Shown here in pieces: positions 44,715 through 52,865 of a stretch of 63,861 nt of DNA (positions are counted from its first letter, which is position 1; every line of letters begins with the position of its first letter). Source of the stretch: Alphaproteobacteria bacterium (GTDB taxonomy: Bacteria; Pseudomonadota; Alphaproteobacteria; GCA-2731375); the NCBI GenBank assembly GCA_041940205.1, contig JBGTSP010000002.1:1-63861 (forward strand). The letters run 5' to 3'. The translations under genes were made by a program, and so were the position numbers. The notes below the pieces were generated by a model that saw only the letters and a list, made by a program, of their open reading frames with translations, was not told the origin of the DNA and did not search any database.

Positions 44715-47372
44715 GTGGCTACTGTCGATCAACTGCACTACACGTCCTGTCGTCGAGGCTATTTCGGGGGAGACGGTTTTCAGGTCCGGACCCTGTCGGA
44801 CGGTCTGGATCGTGCCCACAGCAACGAGATCGTCGCGCATTGCGGTTATCTCCGTCCGAAACAGCGAGGCGAGTCGGAGTATCCCGTCGCCTATAGAGGG
44901 TACCCGCTTTCGGACGGTCGGATAGTGCTCACCTCGACGGTGTATGCCGGCCTCGACTACTCGGGTCGCGAAGGTAATTGCTTTGCGCACTCTCTGGTCT
45001 TCGAACGCGACTGTGCACCCCATCCCCTGCTCAGCCTGTCGCGATGGACGGGCTGGGTCCGTCAACTGAACGCGGATGACGACACGGATAACGCGCCTTC
45101 ACCCCTGCCTCGCCTGGAATGCGATATCTTCTCGAGCCACTCCGCCTTCCTGCATGGCGAGGTCCGGAATTTTCTGGCTTCTCCCGATCGGCAACGGCAT
45201 CTGCGCGATGCGCTGGTCGCAGTTCTGTGCAGAGGCATTCTGGGGCGCAGCATCGTCTTTCGTGACACACCGGAACACAATCACCTCTGGGTCGGCGCAA
45301 CGCTATCCTGCCTGCCCGTGCACCTTGCTCTGCCGCTGACGTGGTCGACCTATGCCCACAACGAGAGGGAACTGTGCGATATCAATGCAACAGTATCGGG
45401 ATCGACACTGCGTTTCGATGAGACCGATCACAAGTTCCTGTACTTTGCGATCGATATTGAAGGCGGTGTCTGCTCGTCGTTCACGGGTTACGAAGGTGAG
45501 AGACACGCGAGTGCCAGCTTCTTTGCCGAGTTTGCGGTGCGCTCGATCGTCTCGTCTCCAGAACGGCTTGCAGAATTCACCTGCTTCCTGAGCAGAAATT
45601 TCATCGACCTGCCTCTCGGGCCCGATCTGGGACTCTTGTGCGCCCTGTGGCAAGGCACCGACGACGCGATCAGGTGGGCTACGCCCGAAATCGAAAGACT
45701 GTCTGCGATTGTGCGCGATCACCTTTCTCCCGAAGCCGACGATGCTCTCGTGAATACGGTGGGAGATCTGGTGCGGCGGCTTGCGCGTTCTGGCGGGACG
45801 AAACAAGCCGATATTGCCGTCCATCTCCTGGTTGCGGCTGCTCAGGCGGTGGACAGCGGCATGGCGAAGCAAATGACGGCGACGGAGCTGGTTCGCCTGT
45901 TGCTGGATCGGCTCCACTCTGGTGATCGGGAGCTCCTGATCCGCCATGTCGAGGTGATTACCGGCCTTCTGTCGTCGAACCGGGGCTGGCGGGAATCCCT
46001 TGAGGAAATCCTGTCAGGCGACGAGTTGATTGACGATCTCTGCAATCTAATTGCCAGTCTGGAAGCAGATCAGGTCCGGCCGATTCTCGATCTGGTGCAG
46101 GCATTCCCGAGGGATGCGGCGGTCTGGGAATACCTGTTCCCGGCGATTGCCAGCAGGTTTCTTGTGTTGCAACCGTCGCAGGATAAGGCGGACGAGATCC
46201 TGACAGTTCTCTGCGAGGAGACCGACGGTTGCGTCGAGGTGTCGGCACACGTTTTCAGGGAGCTGGCGGATCGTCCGCAAAAACAGTCACAGTTCGTTCT
46301 ATCGTTGAACGGCCGGTTGAGACAGATCGCGCCAGCACGATCGGCTCACATTCGAGCACGTCTGGTCGACGTTGGTGAGGAGGCGCTGGCATTGGCGGAG
46401 TTCCTGGCCGATCTGGAGCGCCAGGAGGATCCGGTTCAAGCGCTTGAGCTGTTTCTCGAACGACCGAAACCAGATGCCGTGGCAGAACATCGCTGGCGGA
46501 AGTTCAAGGTCGAGGGGCTTTCCGAAACCCTCCGCCGAAGTGATGAGAGATTTATCAAGCCCTTGTGTCTGGCGGCCGCTCGGACCGAGACCTGGAACGA
46601 ACTTGATGCCGTCATCCGAGCCGAAATCGTGCGACGGATCGACAGACAGCTCTCGGGGAAGCGAACCAGCGCCGCGGACCACGTGTTTGCCACGATGATC
46701 GACCAGATGGCGGCCTCGTTGAGCATCGATCGCGCTCGCTTGAATGCTGCCTACATCCTTTTGTCCAGACATATGATCGAAGATCCCTTCAGCTTCGATC
46801 TGGACATGGCGGAACAGGTGCTGTGTTCCCGAACTGTTGCAGAACGCAACCGATTCATGGAACTGGCATTCGATCGGTTTGTCTTCGATGTCGACGATGA
46901 CCCGATTCCTCATCTCGATTTCTGCATTCGCCTTGGTGAACGCAAGCGAATTCTGGCGCTGTTTGCACGGAGCGTGCGCAGGCGGGCTAGGACGGGGCCA
47001 GGGAACCTGATAACTGTGCTCTCCACCGTGATCGACGATGCCGGTACCGGCGAATGGTCAGCGTTCGTTGCTTCGGAACTTGAACCGCTTGTGGAGTGTT
47101 GCGCCGAGGCATTGTCGTCGAGCTATCGACGCGATGAACTTCCCGATCTGTTCGCGCGACTGGAGCCTCATTTCAGCGACGGCCTGACATCGGAAAAATT
47201 CCAGCTTGTTCAGCAGTCGACCGAGCGCCTTGCAGAACCTCTCGTCACCCGAGTGAGTCGCGCGGTCCAGCAGTTCAGGATCTGGCCAGCAAGGCGAGGT
47301 GTCCAACCAAAGCCTGTGGCGGGAAAGCAGCACCCGCAACGACAGGGCCAGCGGCCATCACGTGATGAGTGA
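44715..47372 (+). CDS. 885-aa helical partner protein of GTPase B (paralogue of 31608-33914)
   Basis: GTG start 3 nt after the GTPase stop, with AAGGGG upstream. The N-terminal QLHYTSCRRGYFGGDGFQVRT...GREGNCFAHSLVF resembles N-terminal domains I recall being described for GTPase-associated partner proteins. The rest is helical repeats. Confidence 0.5.
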   Translation: MATVDQLHYTSCRRGYFGGDGFQVRTLSDGLDRAHSNEIVAHCGYLRPKQRGESEYPVAYRGYPLSDGRIVLTSTVYAGLDYSGREGNCFAHSLVFERDCAPHPLLSLSRWTGWVRQLNADDDTDNAPSPLPRLECDIFSSHSAFLHGEVRNFLASPDRQRHLRDALVAVLCRGILGRSIVFRDTPEHNHLWVGATLSCLPVHLALPLTWSTYAHNERELCDINATVSGSTLRFDETDHKFLYFAIDIEGGVCSSFTGYEGERHASASFFAEFAVRSIVSSPERLAEFTCFLSRNFIDLPLGPDLGLLCALWQGTDDAIRWATPEIERLSAIVRDHLSPEADDALVNTVGDLVRRLARSGGTKQADIAVHLLVAAAQAVDSGMAKQMTATELVRLLLDRLHSGDRELLIRHVEVITGLLSSNRGWRESLEEILSGDELIDDLCNLIASLEADQVRPILDLVQAFPRDAAVWEYLFPAIASRFLVLQPSQDKADEILTVLCEETDGCVEVSAHVFRELADRPQKQSQFVLSLNGRLRQIAPARSAHIRARLVDVGEEALALAEFLADLERQEDPVQALELFLERPKPDAVAEHRWRKFKVEGLSETLRRSDERFIKPLCLAAARTETWNELDAVIRAEIVRRIDRQLSGKRTSAADHVFATMIDQMAASLSIDRARLNAAYILLSRHMIEDPFSFDLDMAEQVLCSRTVAERNRFMELAFDRFVFDVDDDPIPHLDFCIRLGERKRILALFARSVRRRARTGPGNLITVLSTVIDDAGTGEWSAFVASELEPLVECCAEALSSSYRRDELPDLFARLEPHFSDGLTSEKFQLVQQSTERLAEPLVTRVSRAVQQFRIWPARRGVQPKPVAGKQHPQRQGQRPSRDE

Positions 47373-47559
47373 CAATTCCGAAGACAGGGGGGCTGTCGCA
47401 ATCGTCCTGCTGCTGCTTGTGATCGTCGTGGCCGGAATGCTGATCTCTGTGGCGACCGTGGCTGTTCTCGCGATCGGGGCCACCGGGTCCATCTTTGGGG
47501 CGATCCATGCGGCTGGCAGCTACTATCAGGCTTTCCGTAAGAACGTTCGCTACGAGTAG
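47365..47559 (+). CDS. small two-TM membrane protein
   Basis: The ATG at 47365 overlaps the upstream stop by 8 nt. 64 aa with AVAIVLLLLVIVVAGMLISVATVAVLAIGATGSIFGAI. The longer ORF start at 47299 lies inside the upstream gene. Confidence 0.5.
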   Translation: MSDNSEDRGAVAIVLLLLVIVVAGMLISVATVAVLAIGATGSIFGAIHAAGSYYQAFRKNVRYE

Positions 47560-47565
47560 TCAACC

Positions 47566-48951
47566 ATGTCGGATGAGACGCACCCTGCCATCGAGAGCTA
47601 TTTTTTCGGCAAGGGATACCGCGATCTCAAACGTACTGTTGCCGCCGCTTCGCATGCCAACTATGTCTATGCTAAATCCAATATTTCCGAAGGAATTGCA
47701 CTCTTTGAAGAAGGTGGTTGGAATATATTTATAACTGTATTTAGATTTTTCGTTTCTGCATCAGTATTATTATTTGGAAGTATATTTATTATTGTTTTTT
47801 CTTTTATTCATTCACTTGTTCTTATCGTGGTTTTTTCATCAGTATATGTAGTTTTTGCAATTTTTTATTTGATAGAATCGACAATTTATCTTGTAAAGAG
47901 AATCAGTGTTCGTTGTCCTCACTGTCATCGCGATTCGGCACTCCCTGTTTATCTTTGCGACACGTGTGGTCGACGACATCACCATCTTCGTCCGTCCCGA
48001 TTCGGGATTTTCTTCCACCGCTGCCGGTGCGGCAAACGATTGCCTTGCACGATGTTCTCGAACCGGAGTCGGCTTCCCAGTCGCTGTCGTCATTGTGATC
48101 GTCCACTGAATGCGAAGCATCTGTCTGGTCGGAAGCTGCTTGTTCCGGTCTATGGAGGGCCCGCTGTCGGCAAGACCGCATTCATCAATGCCTGTATCGC
48201 CAAGACGTTCACTGATCTTCAAGCTCGAGGTTTGCATGCTGAATTTCTGGATCCGACCACTGAGCAGGAGAACGAAGAAATTGTACAGCACATGAAACAA
48301 GGAAGAATGCCAGATAAAACAAATGACAGAGTACCACGTACAATCAATTTTCAAATCACAGACAATAAAAAACGGTTATGGATGGTATATTTTTACGATG
48401 AAGCGGGTGAAGTTCTGCAAGGTCTAGGCGGGATTCAGGGCCATGACTTTCTTGACAGCGCTTCGGGACTGATTTTTCTGATAGACCCTTTCTCGTTGCC
48501 AGAGGTTCCAAAGATGTACGGGCAAGATTTCCGGCGGTTGCAGAAAATGGTCAAGCCTTCGGGACTTGCTCCGGATCTCGCATTTGAACGACTGCTACTT
48601 AATTTGGAAACGAGTTTCGGTGCTCCTCGGAGTAAAAAAATCGATATTCCAATAGTTATTGTTCTTACGAAAATTGATGCTGGGAGACTTGAGAGCATTG
48701 TTGGAGATGAGGCGCTACCGCTTGGCCTGATAAATCAAAATGAACGGGATACAGCCCGCAATGAACTCATTCGCCGTCAGTTAATTGCATGGGGAGCCCA
48801 ACGTTTGATTGATCTTGTTGAGATTAGATTTAACAATTTTTCATATTTTAGTGTATCTGCGATTGCCAAAAACAAGGGAGATAATATTGGACGAAGAATA
48901 TCAGACCCAATTATGTGGATATTGTCTCAATATATTGCAGACATGAAATAA
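47566..48951 (+). CDS. membrane-anchored double Zn-ribbon plus P-loop GTPase (paralogue C), AT-rich
   Basis: Two or three N-terminal TM helices (FFVSASVLLFGSIFIIVFSF, LIVVFSSVYVVFAIFYLI). CPHCH...CDTCG and RCRCG...CRHCD ribbons. G1 VYGGPAVGKTAFI, G3 YFYDEAGE, ASGLIFLIDP, G4 IVLTKID. Confidence 0.7.
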   Translation: MSDETHPAIESYFFGKGYRDLKRTVAAASHANYVYAKSNISEGIALFEEGGWNIFITVFRFFVSASVLLFGSIFIIVFSFIHSLVLIVVFSSVYVVFAIFYLIESTIYLVKRISVRCPHCHRDSALPVYLCDTCGRRHHHLRPSRFGIFFHRCRCGKRLPCTMFSNRSRLPSRCRHCDRPLNAKHLSGRKLLVPVYGGPAVGKTAFINACIAKTFTDLQARGLHAEFLDPTTEQENEEIVQHMKQGRMPDKTNDRVPRTINFQITDNKKRLWMVYFYDEAGEVLQGLGGIQGHDFLDSASGLIFLIDPFSLPEVPKMYGQDFRRLQKMVKPSGLAPDLAFERLLLNLETSFGAPRSKKIDIPIVIVLTKIDAGRLESIVGDEALPLGLINQNERDTARNELIRRQLIAWGAQRLIDLVEIRFNNFSYFSVSAIAKNKGDNIGRRISDPIMWILSQYIADMK

Positions 48952-49134
48952 ATTCTACAAATTATACTGAATATTCAATAATGAAATATTTGCAAACTCA
49001 TTATTACTTTAACGTCACAATTCATCTACTTCAATTTCAGTATATTGAGAAAAATTTTTAGATTCATTCTGGTTGGGAATGGATCGGACTCTTTGCGAGA
49101 AACGACGAAATTTCTCTCTATTTTAGCTGTGATC

Positions 49135-50055
49135 TCACCCCTCCAGCACCAGCCCCGGGCGCGGCCAGTCCACCGCCAGCAGCGTGCCCGTGCCCGACAG
49201 GGTGATGAAGGCGGTCTTCATGTCAGGGCCGCCGAAGCAGATGTTGGTGCAGTAGGGATCGGCGGCCGCGTGGAATTCCAGCAGGTCGCCGTCGGGGGAG
49301 ATCACGCTGATGCCGCCGCGCACCAGGGTGGCGACGCAGATGTTGCCGCCGGCCTCCACCGCCAGGGAATCATAGCGCTGGTAGTGCGGCGCGCCGTAGA
49401 GCATGCGGCCGCCGCCGGGCGAGGGCCAGGGCGCCTTCGCCACCTCGCCTTCGCCGACGATGTCGAAGGCCCACAGCCGGCTGGTCTCGGTCTCGGCGAC
49501 GTAGAGCGTGCTGCCGTCCGGCGACAGGCCGACGCCGTTCGGCGTCATCGCCGGAAACACCGCCTCGCGGATCAGCGAGCCGTCGCAGCGGGCGTAGTAG
49601 ACCGCGCCGCGGTCCATCTGCCGTTCGTAGACCTTGCCGAGGTCGGTGAACCAGAAACCGCCGTTCCGGTCGAAGACGATGTCGTTCGGGCCCTTCAGCA
49701 GGTGCTCGCCGCAGCGGTCGTAGAGCACCTTGGTCTGGCCGGTCTCGATGTCGACCTGCTCGATGCGCCCGCCGGAATAGTCGTCGGCGCAGCCGATCGG
49801 CCGCTGCAGGCCGCTGTCATCGCGGGTCCAGTTGAAGCCGCCGTTGTTGCAGACATAGCACTTGCCATCCGGCCCCATGGCGGCGCCGTTGGGGCCGCCG
49901 CCGGGCTCGGCGACCACCTCCAGTTCGCCCGAGGGGCGGACCCGGGTCAGCCGGCCGCCCTCGATCTCCACCACGATGACGCTGCCGTCGGGCATCGCGA
50001 TCGGTCCCTCGGGAAAGGCGAGCTGGTCCGTGATCACCCGGCCTTCAAGTTGCAT
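49135..50055 (-). CDS. SMP-30/gluconolactonase/LRE-family protein
   Basis: FPEGPIAMPDGS, GPNDIVFDRNGGFWFTD, PNGVGLSPDGSTLYVAET and CTNICFGGPD, a typical six-bladed propeller lactonase pattern. Internal Met at 50055 chosen as the start. Confidence 0.75.
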   Translation of the reverse strand: MQLEGRVITDQLAFPEGPIAMPDGSVIVVEIEGGRLTRVRPSGELEVVAEPGGGPNGAAMGPDGKCYVCNNGGFNWTRDDSGLQRPIGCADDYSGGRIEQVDIETGQTKVLYDRCGEHLLKGPNDIVFDRNGGFWFTDLGKVYERQMDRGAVYYARCDGSLIREAVFPAMTPNGVGLSPDGSTLYVAETETSRLWAFDIVGEGEVAKAPWPSPGGGRMLYGAPHYQRYDSLAVEAGGNICVATLVRGGISVISPDGDLLEFHAAADPYCTNICFGGPDMKTAFITLSGTGTLLAVDWPRPGLVLEG

Positions 50056-51172
50056 TGCCGCTCTCCGCTTTCTGTGCGCTGGCCCGCTCGCGCAGGCGGT
50101 CGATGACGATCCCGGCGAAATCCCGCGTGCCGACCGGGCCGCCGAGATCCCGGGTGCGGTGTCCGGGCACGGCGATCGCCGCATCCAGCGCGGTCTCGAT
50201 CAGGCCCGCGGCCCGGGCGAGGCGCGCATCCTCGCGCCGTTCGCCGAGCCAGTCGAGCAGCATCGCCAGCGAGCCGATCAGCGAGCCCGGATTGGCGCGG
50301 TCCGTTCCGGCGATGTCGGGCGCGGAGCCGTGCTGCGCCTGGGCCACCGCGTGCGCGCTTCCGGCGTTCAGAGAGGCGGCGAGGCCGAGGCTGCCGGCGA
50401 TCTCGGAAGCCTGGTCGGAGAGGATGTCGCCGATCATGTTGGTGGTCACCTCCACGTCGAAGGGTGCGGGATCGCGACCCAGCAGGGCGGCCATGGCATC
50501 GACGATGCGCTCCTCGTAAGACACCTCGGGATAGTCCGCCGCCACCGCGCGCACGCAGTCCAGGAACAGCCCGTCGCCGACGCGCAGCACGTTCGCCTTG
50601 TGCACCGCCGTCAGCTTCCGCCGCCGCCGCATCGCCAGCTCGAAGGCGGCGCGGGCGATCCGCGTGCTGCCCTCGCGGGTGATCTTGCGCAGCGACATCG
50701 CGATGTCCGGCGTCGGCATGAACTCGCCGGGCCCCAGATGCATCGCCCGGTCGGCATAGAAGCCCTCGGTGTTCTCGCGCACGATCACCAGGTCGATGCT
50801 CTCGCCGCATTTCGGCGGCAGGCCCGGGCGGGAGCGGGCCGGGCGGATGTTGGCGTAGAGGTCGAGCCGCCGGCGCAGCTCGCCCGAGGGGTTGAGCCCG
50901 CCGTCGGCCGGTGCGGGATAGTCGTTGTGCGAGACCGGCCCCAGGATCACCCCGTCGGCGGCCCGGGCGGCGTCCGCCACCGCATCGGGAAAGCTGGTGC
51001 CGCTGTCCGCAAGCGCCTCGAAGCCGATCGGCAGGAATTCCAGCGCCGGCCGGAAGCCGCAGGCCTCGCCGGCCGCGACGAGCACCGCGAGCGCGGCGTC
51101 GGTGATCTCCGGGCCGATGCCGTCGCCCTTCAGGACGAGCAGCCTCGGATCCCCGCTGCCGGCAGACGCCAT
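50045..51172 (-). CDS. isocitrate/isopropylmalate dehydrogenase family enzyme (tartrate/3-IPM dehydrogenase-like)
   Basis: LLVLKGDGIGPEIT, VIVRENTEGFY, NMIGDILSD and GSAPDIAG are family signatures. Start set at the Met preceding the conserved N-terminus. Confidence 0.75.
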   Translation of the reverse strand: MASAGSGDPRLLVLKGDGIGPEITDAALAVLVAAGEACGFRPALEFLPIGFEALADSGTSFPDAVADAARAADGVILGPVSHNDYPAPADGGLNPSGELRRRLDLYANIRPARSRPGLPPKCGESIDLVIVRENTEGFYADRAMHLGPGEFMPTPDIAMSLRKITREGSTRIARAAFELAMRRRRKLTAVHKANVLRVGDGLFLDCVRAVAADYPEVSYEERIVDAMAALLGRDPAPFDVEVTTNMIGDILSDQASEIAGSLGLAASLNAGSAHAVAQAQHGSAPDIAGTDRANPGSLIGSLAMLLDWLGERREDARLARAAGLIETALDAAIAVPGHRTRDLGGPVGTRDFAGIVIDRLRERASAQKAESGNAT

Positions 51173-51346
51173 CCCGTTCCCCCGATCCGCGCGCCACGGG
51201 AGGCTGTCCCGGCGGCGGCATTTGAAAAAAATCTGCAACGCCGGCAAGATTAATATTGAAACTCGTATTCAACAAGTGGATAAATGACGGGCGCGCGCCG
51301 GCCGGGACGGCTGCCGTCCGCCGGTCGCGCACGGGAGGGAACGGCC

Positions 51347-52180
51347 ATGGCCTACCGGCATATCGAGGTCCGCCCGATCGCGGGCGCGCTGGGCGCCGAG
51401 ATCGCGGGCGTCGATTTCTCGAAGGATGTCGACGACGAAACCATCGCGGAGATCCGCGCCGCCTGGCTCGAACATCTGGTGGTGTTCTTCCGCGACCAGG
51501 CGCTGAGCCCCGCGCGGCAGGTCGCGCTGGCCGAGCGTTTCGGGGAGCCGGTCGAGTATCCCTTCGTGCAGGGCCTGCCGGAGCATCCGGTGATCACGCC
51601 GATCATCAAGCGCGAGGACGAGACCGTGAATTTCGGCGGTCTCTGGCACACCGACACCACCTACCAGCCGCGCCCGCCGATGGCGACGATGCTCTATGCG
51701 CTGGAAACCCCGCCGCATGGCGGCGACACGCTGTTCGCCAATTGCTACCGGGCCTACGAGACCCTCTCGGACGGCCTGAAGCAGCTTCTTGAGGGGCTGG
51801 TCGGGGTCAATTCCTCGCACAAGGGCCGCGTCGTCGACACCCGCGCCGGGGCCATCGCCGAAGCGCCGAAGGAAGCGAACGTGGCCCGCGTCGCCGAACA
51901 CCCGGTGGTGCGGGTGCATCCCGAGACCGGGCGCAAGAGCCTCTATGTCAGCTTCGCCCACACCACGCATTTCCGGGGCTGGAGCGAGGCCGAGAGCCGG
52001 CCGCTGCTGGACTACCTGTTCGAGCACCAGACCCGGCCGGAATTCACCTGCCGCTTCCGCTGGGCGCCGGGCTCGATCGCGCTGTGGGACAACCGCTGTG
52101 CCCTGCACAACCCGATCAACGACTATCACGGCCACCGCCGGGTGCTGCATCGCATCACCTTCGCCGGCGGCGCGGTCTGA
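51347..52180 (+). CDS. TauD/TfdA-family Fe(II)/2-oxoglutarate dioxygenase
   Basis: IEVRPIAGALGAEIAGVDFS, WHTDTTY (HxD iron ligands), GGDTLFAN, VVRVHPETGRKSLYV and LWDNRCALH. RBS GGGAGGGA before the ATG. Confidence 0.8.
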   Translation: MAYRHIEVRPIAGALGAEIAGVDFSKDVDDETIAEIRAAWLEHLVVFFRDQALSPARQVALAERFGEPVEYPFVQGLPEHPVITPIIKREDETVNFGGLWHTDTTYQPRPPMATMLYALETPPHGGDTLFANCYRAYETLSDGLKQLLEGLVGVNSSHKGRVVDTRAGAIAEAPKEANVARVAEHPVVRVHPETGRKSLYVSFAHTTHFRGWSEAESRPLLDYLFEHQTRPEFTCRFRWAPGSIALWDNRCALHNPINDYHGHRRVLHRITFAGGAV

Positions 52181-52256
52181 GGGCTTCCCGGCCCGGTCGC
52201 GCCGGCGCCCCCGCGGCCGGACACAAGGCATCCGTTTTCCCCAATAAGGAGCATTC

Positions 52257-52865
52257 ATGACGAAAACCCTCCTGCTGGTCATGGACATGATCAACGACCT
52301 GGTCAGCGAGACCGGACCGAACGCCGGGACGTACGGGCGGCTGATGGCCGAACGCGGCGTGCTGGCGAATACCGCCCGGACGATCGCCGCGGCGCGGGCC
52401 GCCGGCGTGGCGGTGGGTTATGTCCGCGTCGGCTTCTCGGCCGACTATCGCGAATGCCCGCCGGCTTCCCCGGTCTTCTCGAAGGCGCGCGAGGCCGGCC
52501 TGTTCCGCCTCGACACGCCGGGCACCGCGGTGCATCCGTCGCTGGCGCCCGAGCCGGGCGACTTCGACATCGTCAAGCACCGGGTCAGCCCGTTCTACGG
52601 CACCGCGCTGGAGCCGATCCTGCGCGCGAACGGCATCGGTCGGCTGGTGCTCACGGGCGTGTCCACCAACGGCGTGGTGCATTCGGGCGCCCGCGACGCG
52701 CACGACCGGGACTACGACGTCGTCATCCTGGAAGACTGCTGCGCCGGGGCGACGGCGGACGAGCACGCCCACGCGCTCTCCTGCCTCGGCCGCTACGCCA
52801 CGATCACCGACGGCGCGGCCTTCCGCTTCGATCTCCCCGCCCCGAGTTCCGGAGAACCGGCATGA
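52257..52865 (+). CDS. isochorismatase-family cysteine hydrolase
   Basis: TLLLVMDMINDLV, KHRVSPFYGT.LE..LR..GI..LVLTGVSTNGVVHSGARDA. Typical isochorismatase/CSHase layout. Confidence 0.75.
   Translation: MTKTLLLVMDMINDLVSETGPNAGTYGRLMAERGVLANTARTIAAARAAGVAVGYVRVGFSADYRECPPASPVFSKAREAGLFRLDTPGTAVHPSLAPEPGDFDIVKHRVSPFYGTALEPILRANGIGRLVLTGVSTNGVVHSGARDAHDRDYDVVILEDCCAGATADEHAHALSCLGRYATITDGAAFRFDLPAPSSGEPA

Larger units (their letters stand above)
56..49134. other. tRNA-adjacent genomic (defence/conflict) island; no integrase seen
   Basis: Starts directly after the tRNA 3' end. Contains R-M, helicase, MotAB-like and NTPase-centred modules and several visibly AT-rich patches. Ends in an AT-rich non-coding stretch (48952-49134), after which uniformly GC-rich metabolic genes begin. 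Confidence 0.6.

Noticed and set aside
48952-49134. Possible right-end att site (GGTTGGGAATGGATCGGACTC) resembling the tRNA T-arm
   Set aside because: Too many mismatches and gaps relative to GGTTCGAATCCTCTCGGGTGCGCCA to call a direct repeat by eye. Kept only as a boundary by composition.
49045-50106. 353-aa plus-strand ORF opposite the SMP-30-like gene
   Set aside because: Its translation is Ala/Gly/Arg/Val-rich shadow. The minus strand gives clear SMP-30/gluconolactonase motifs.
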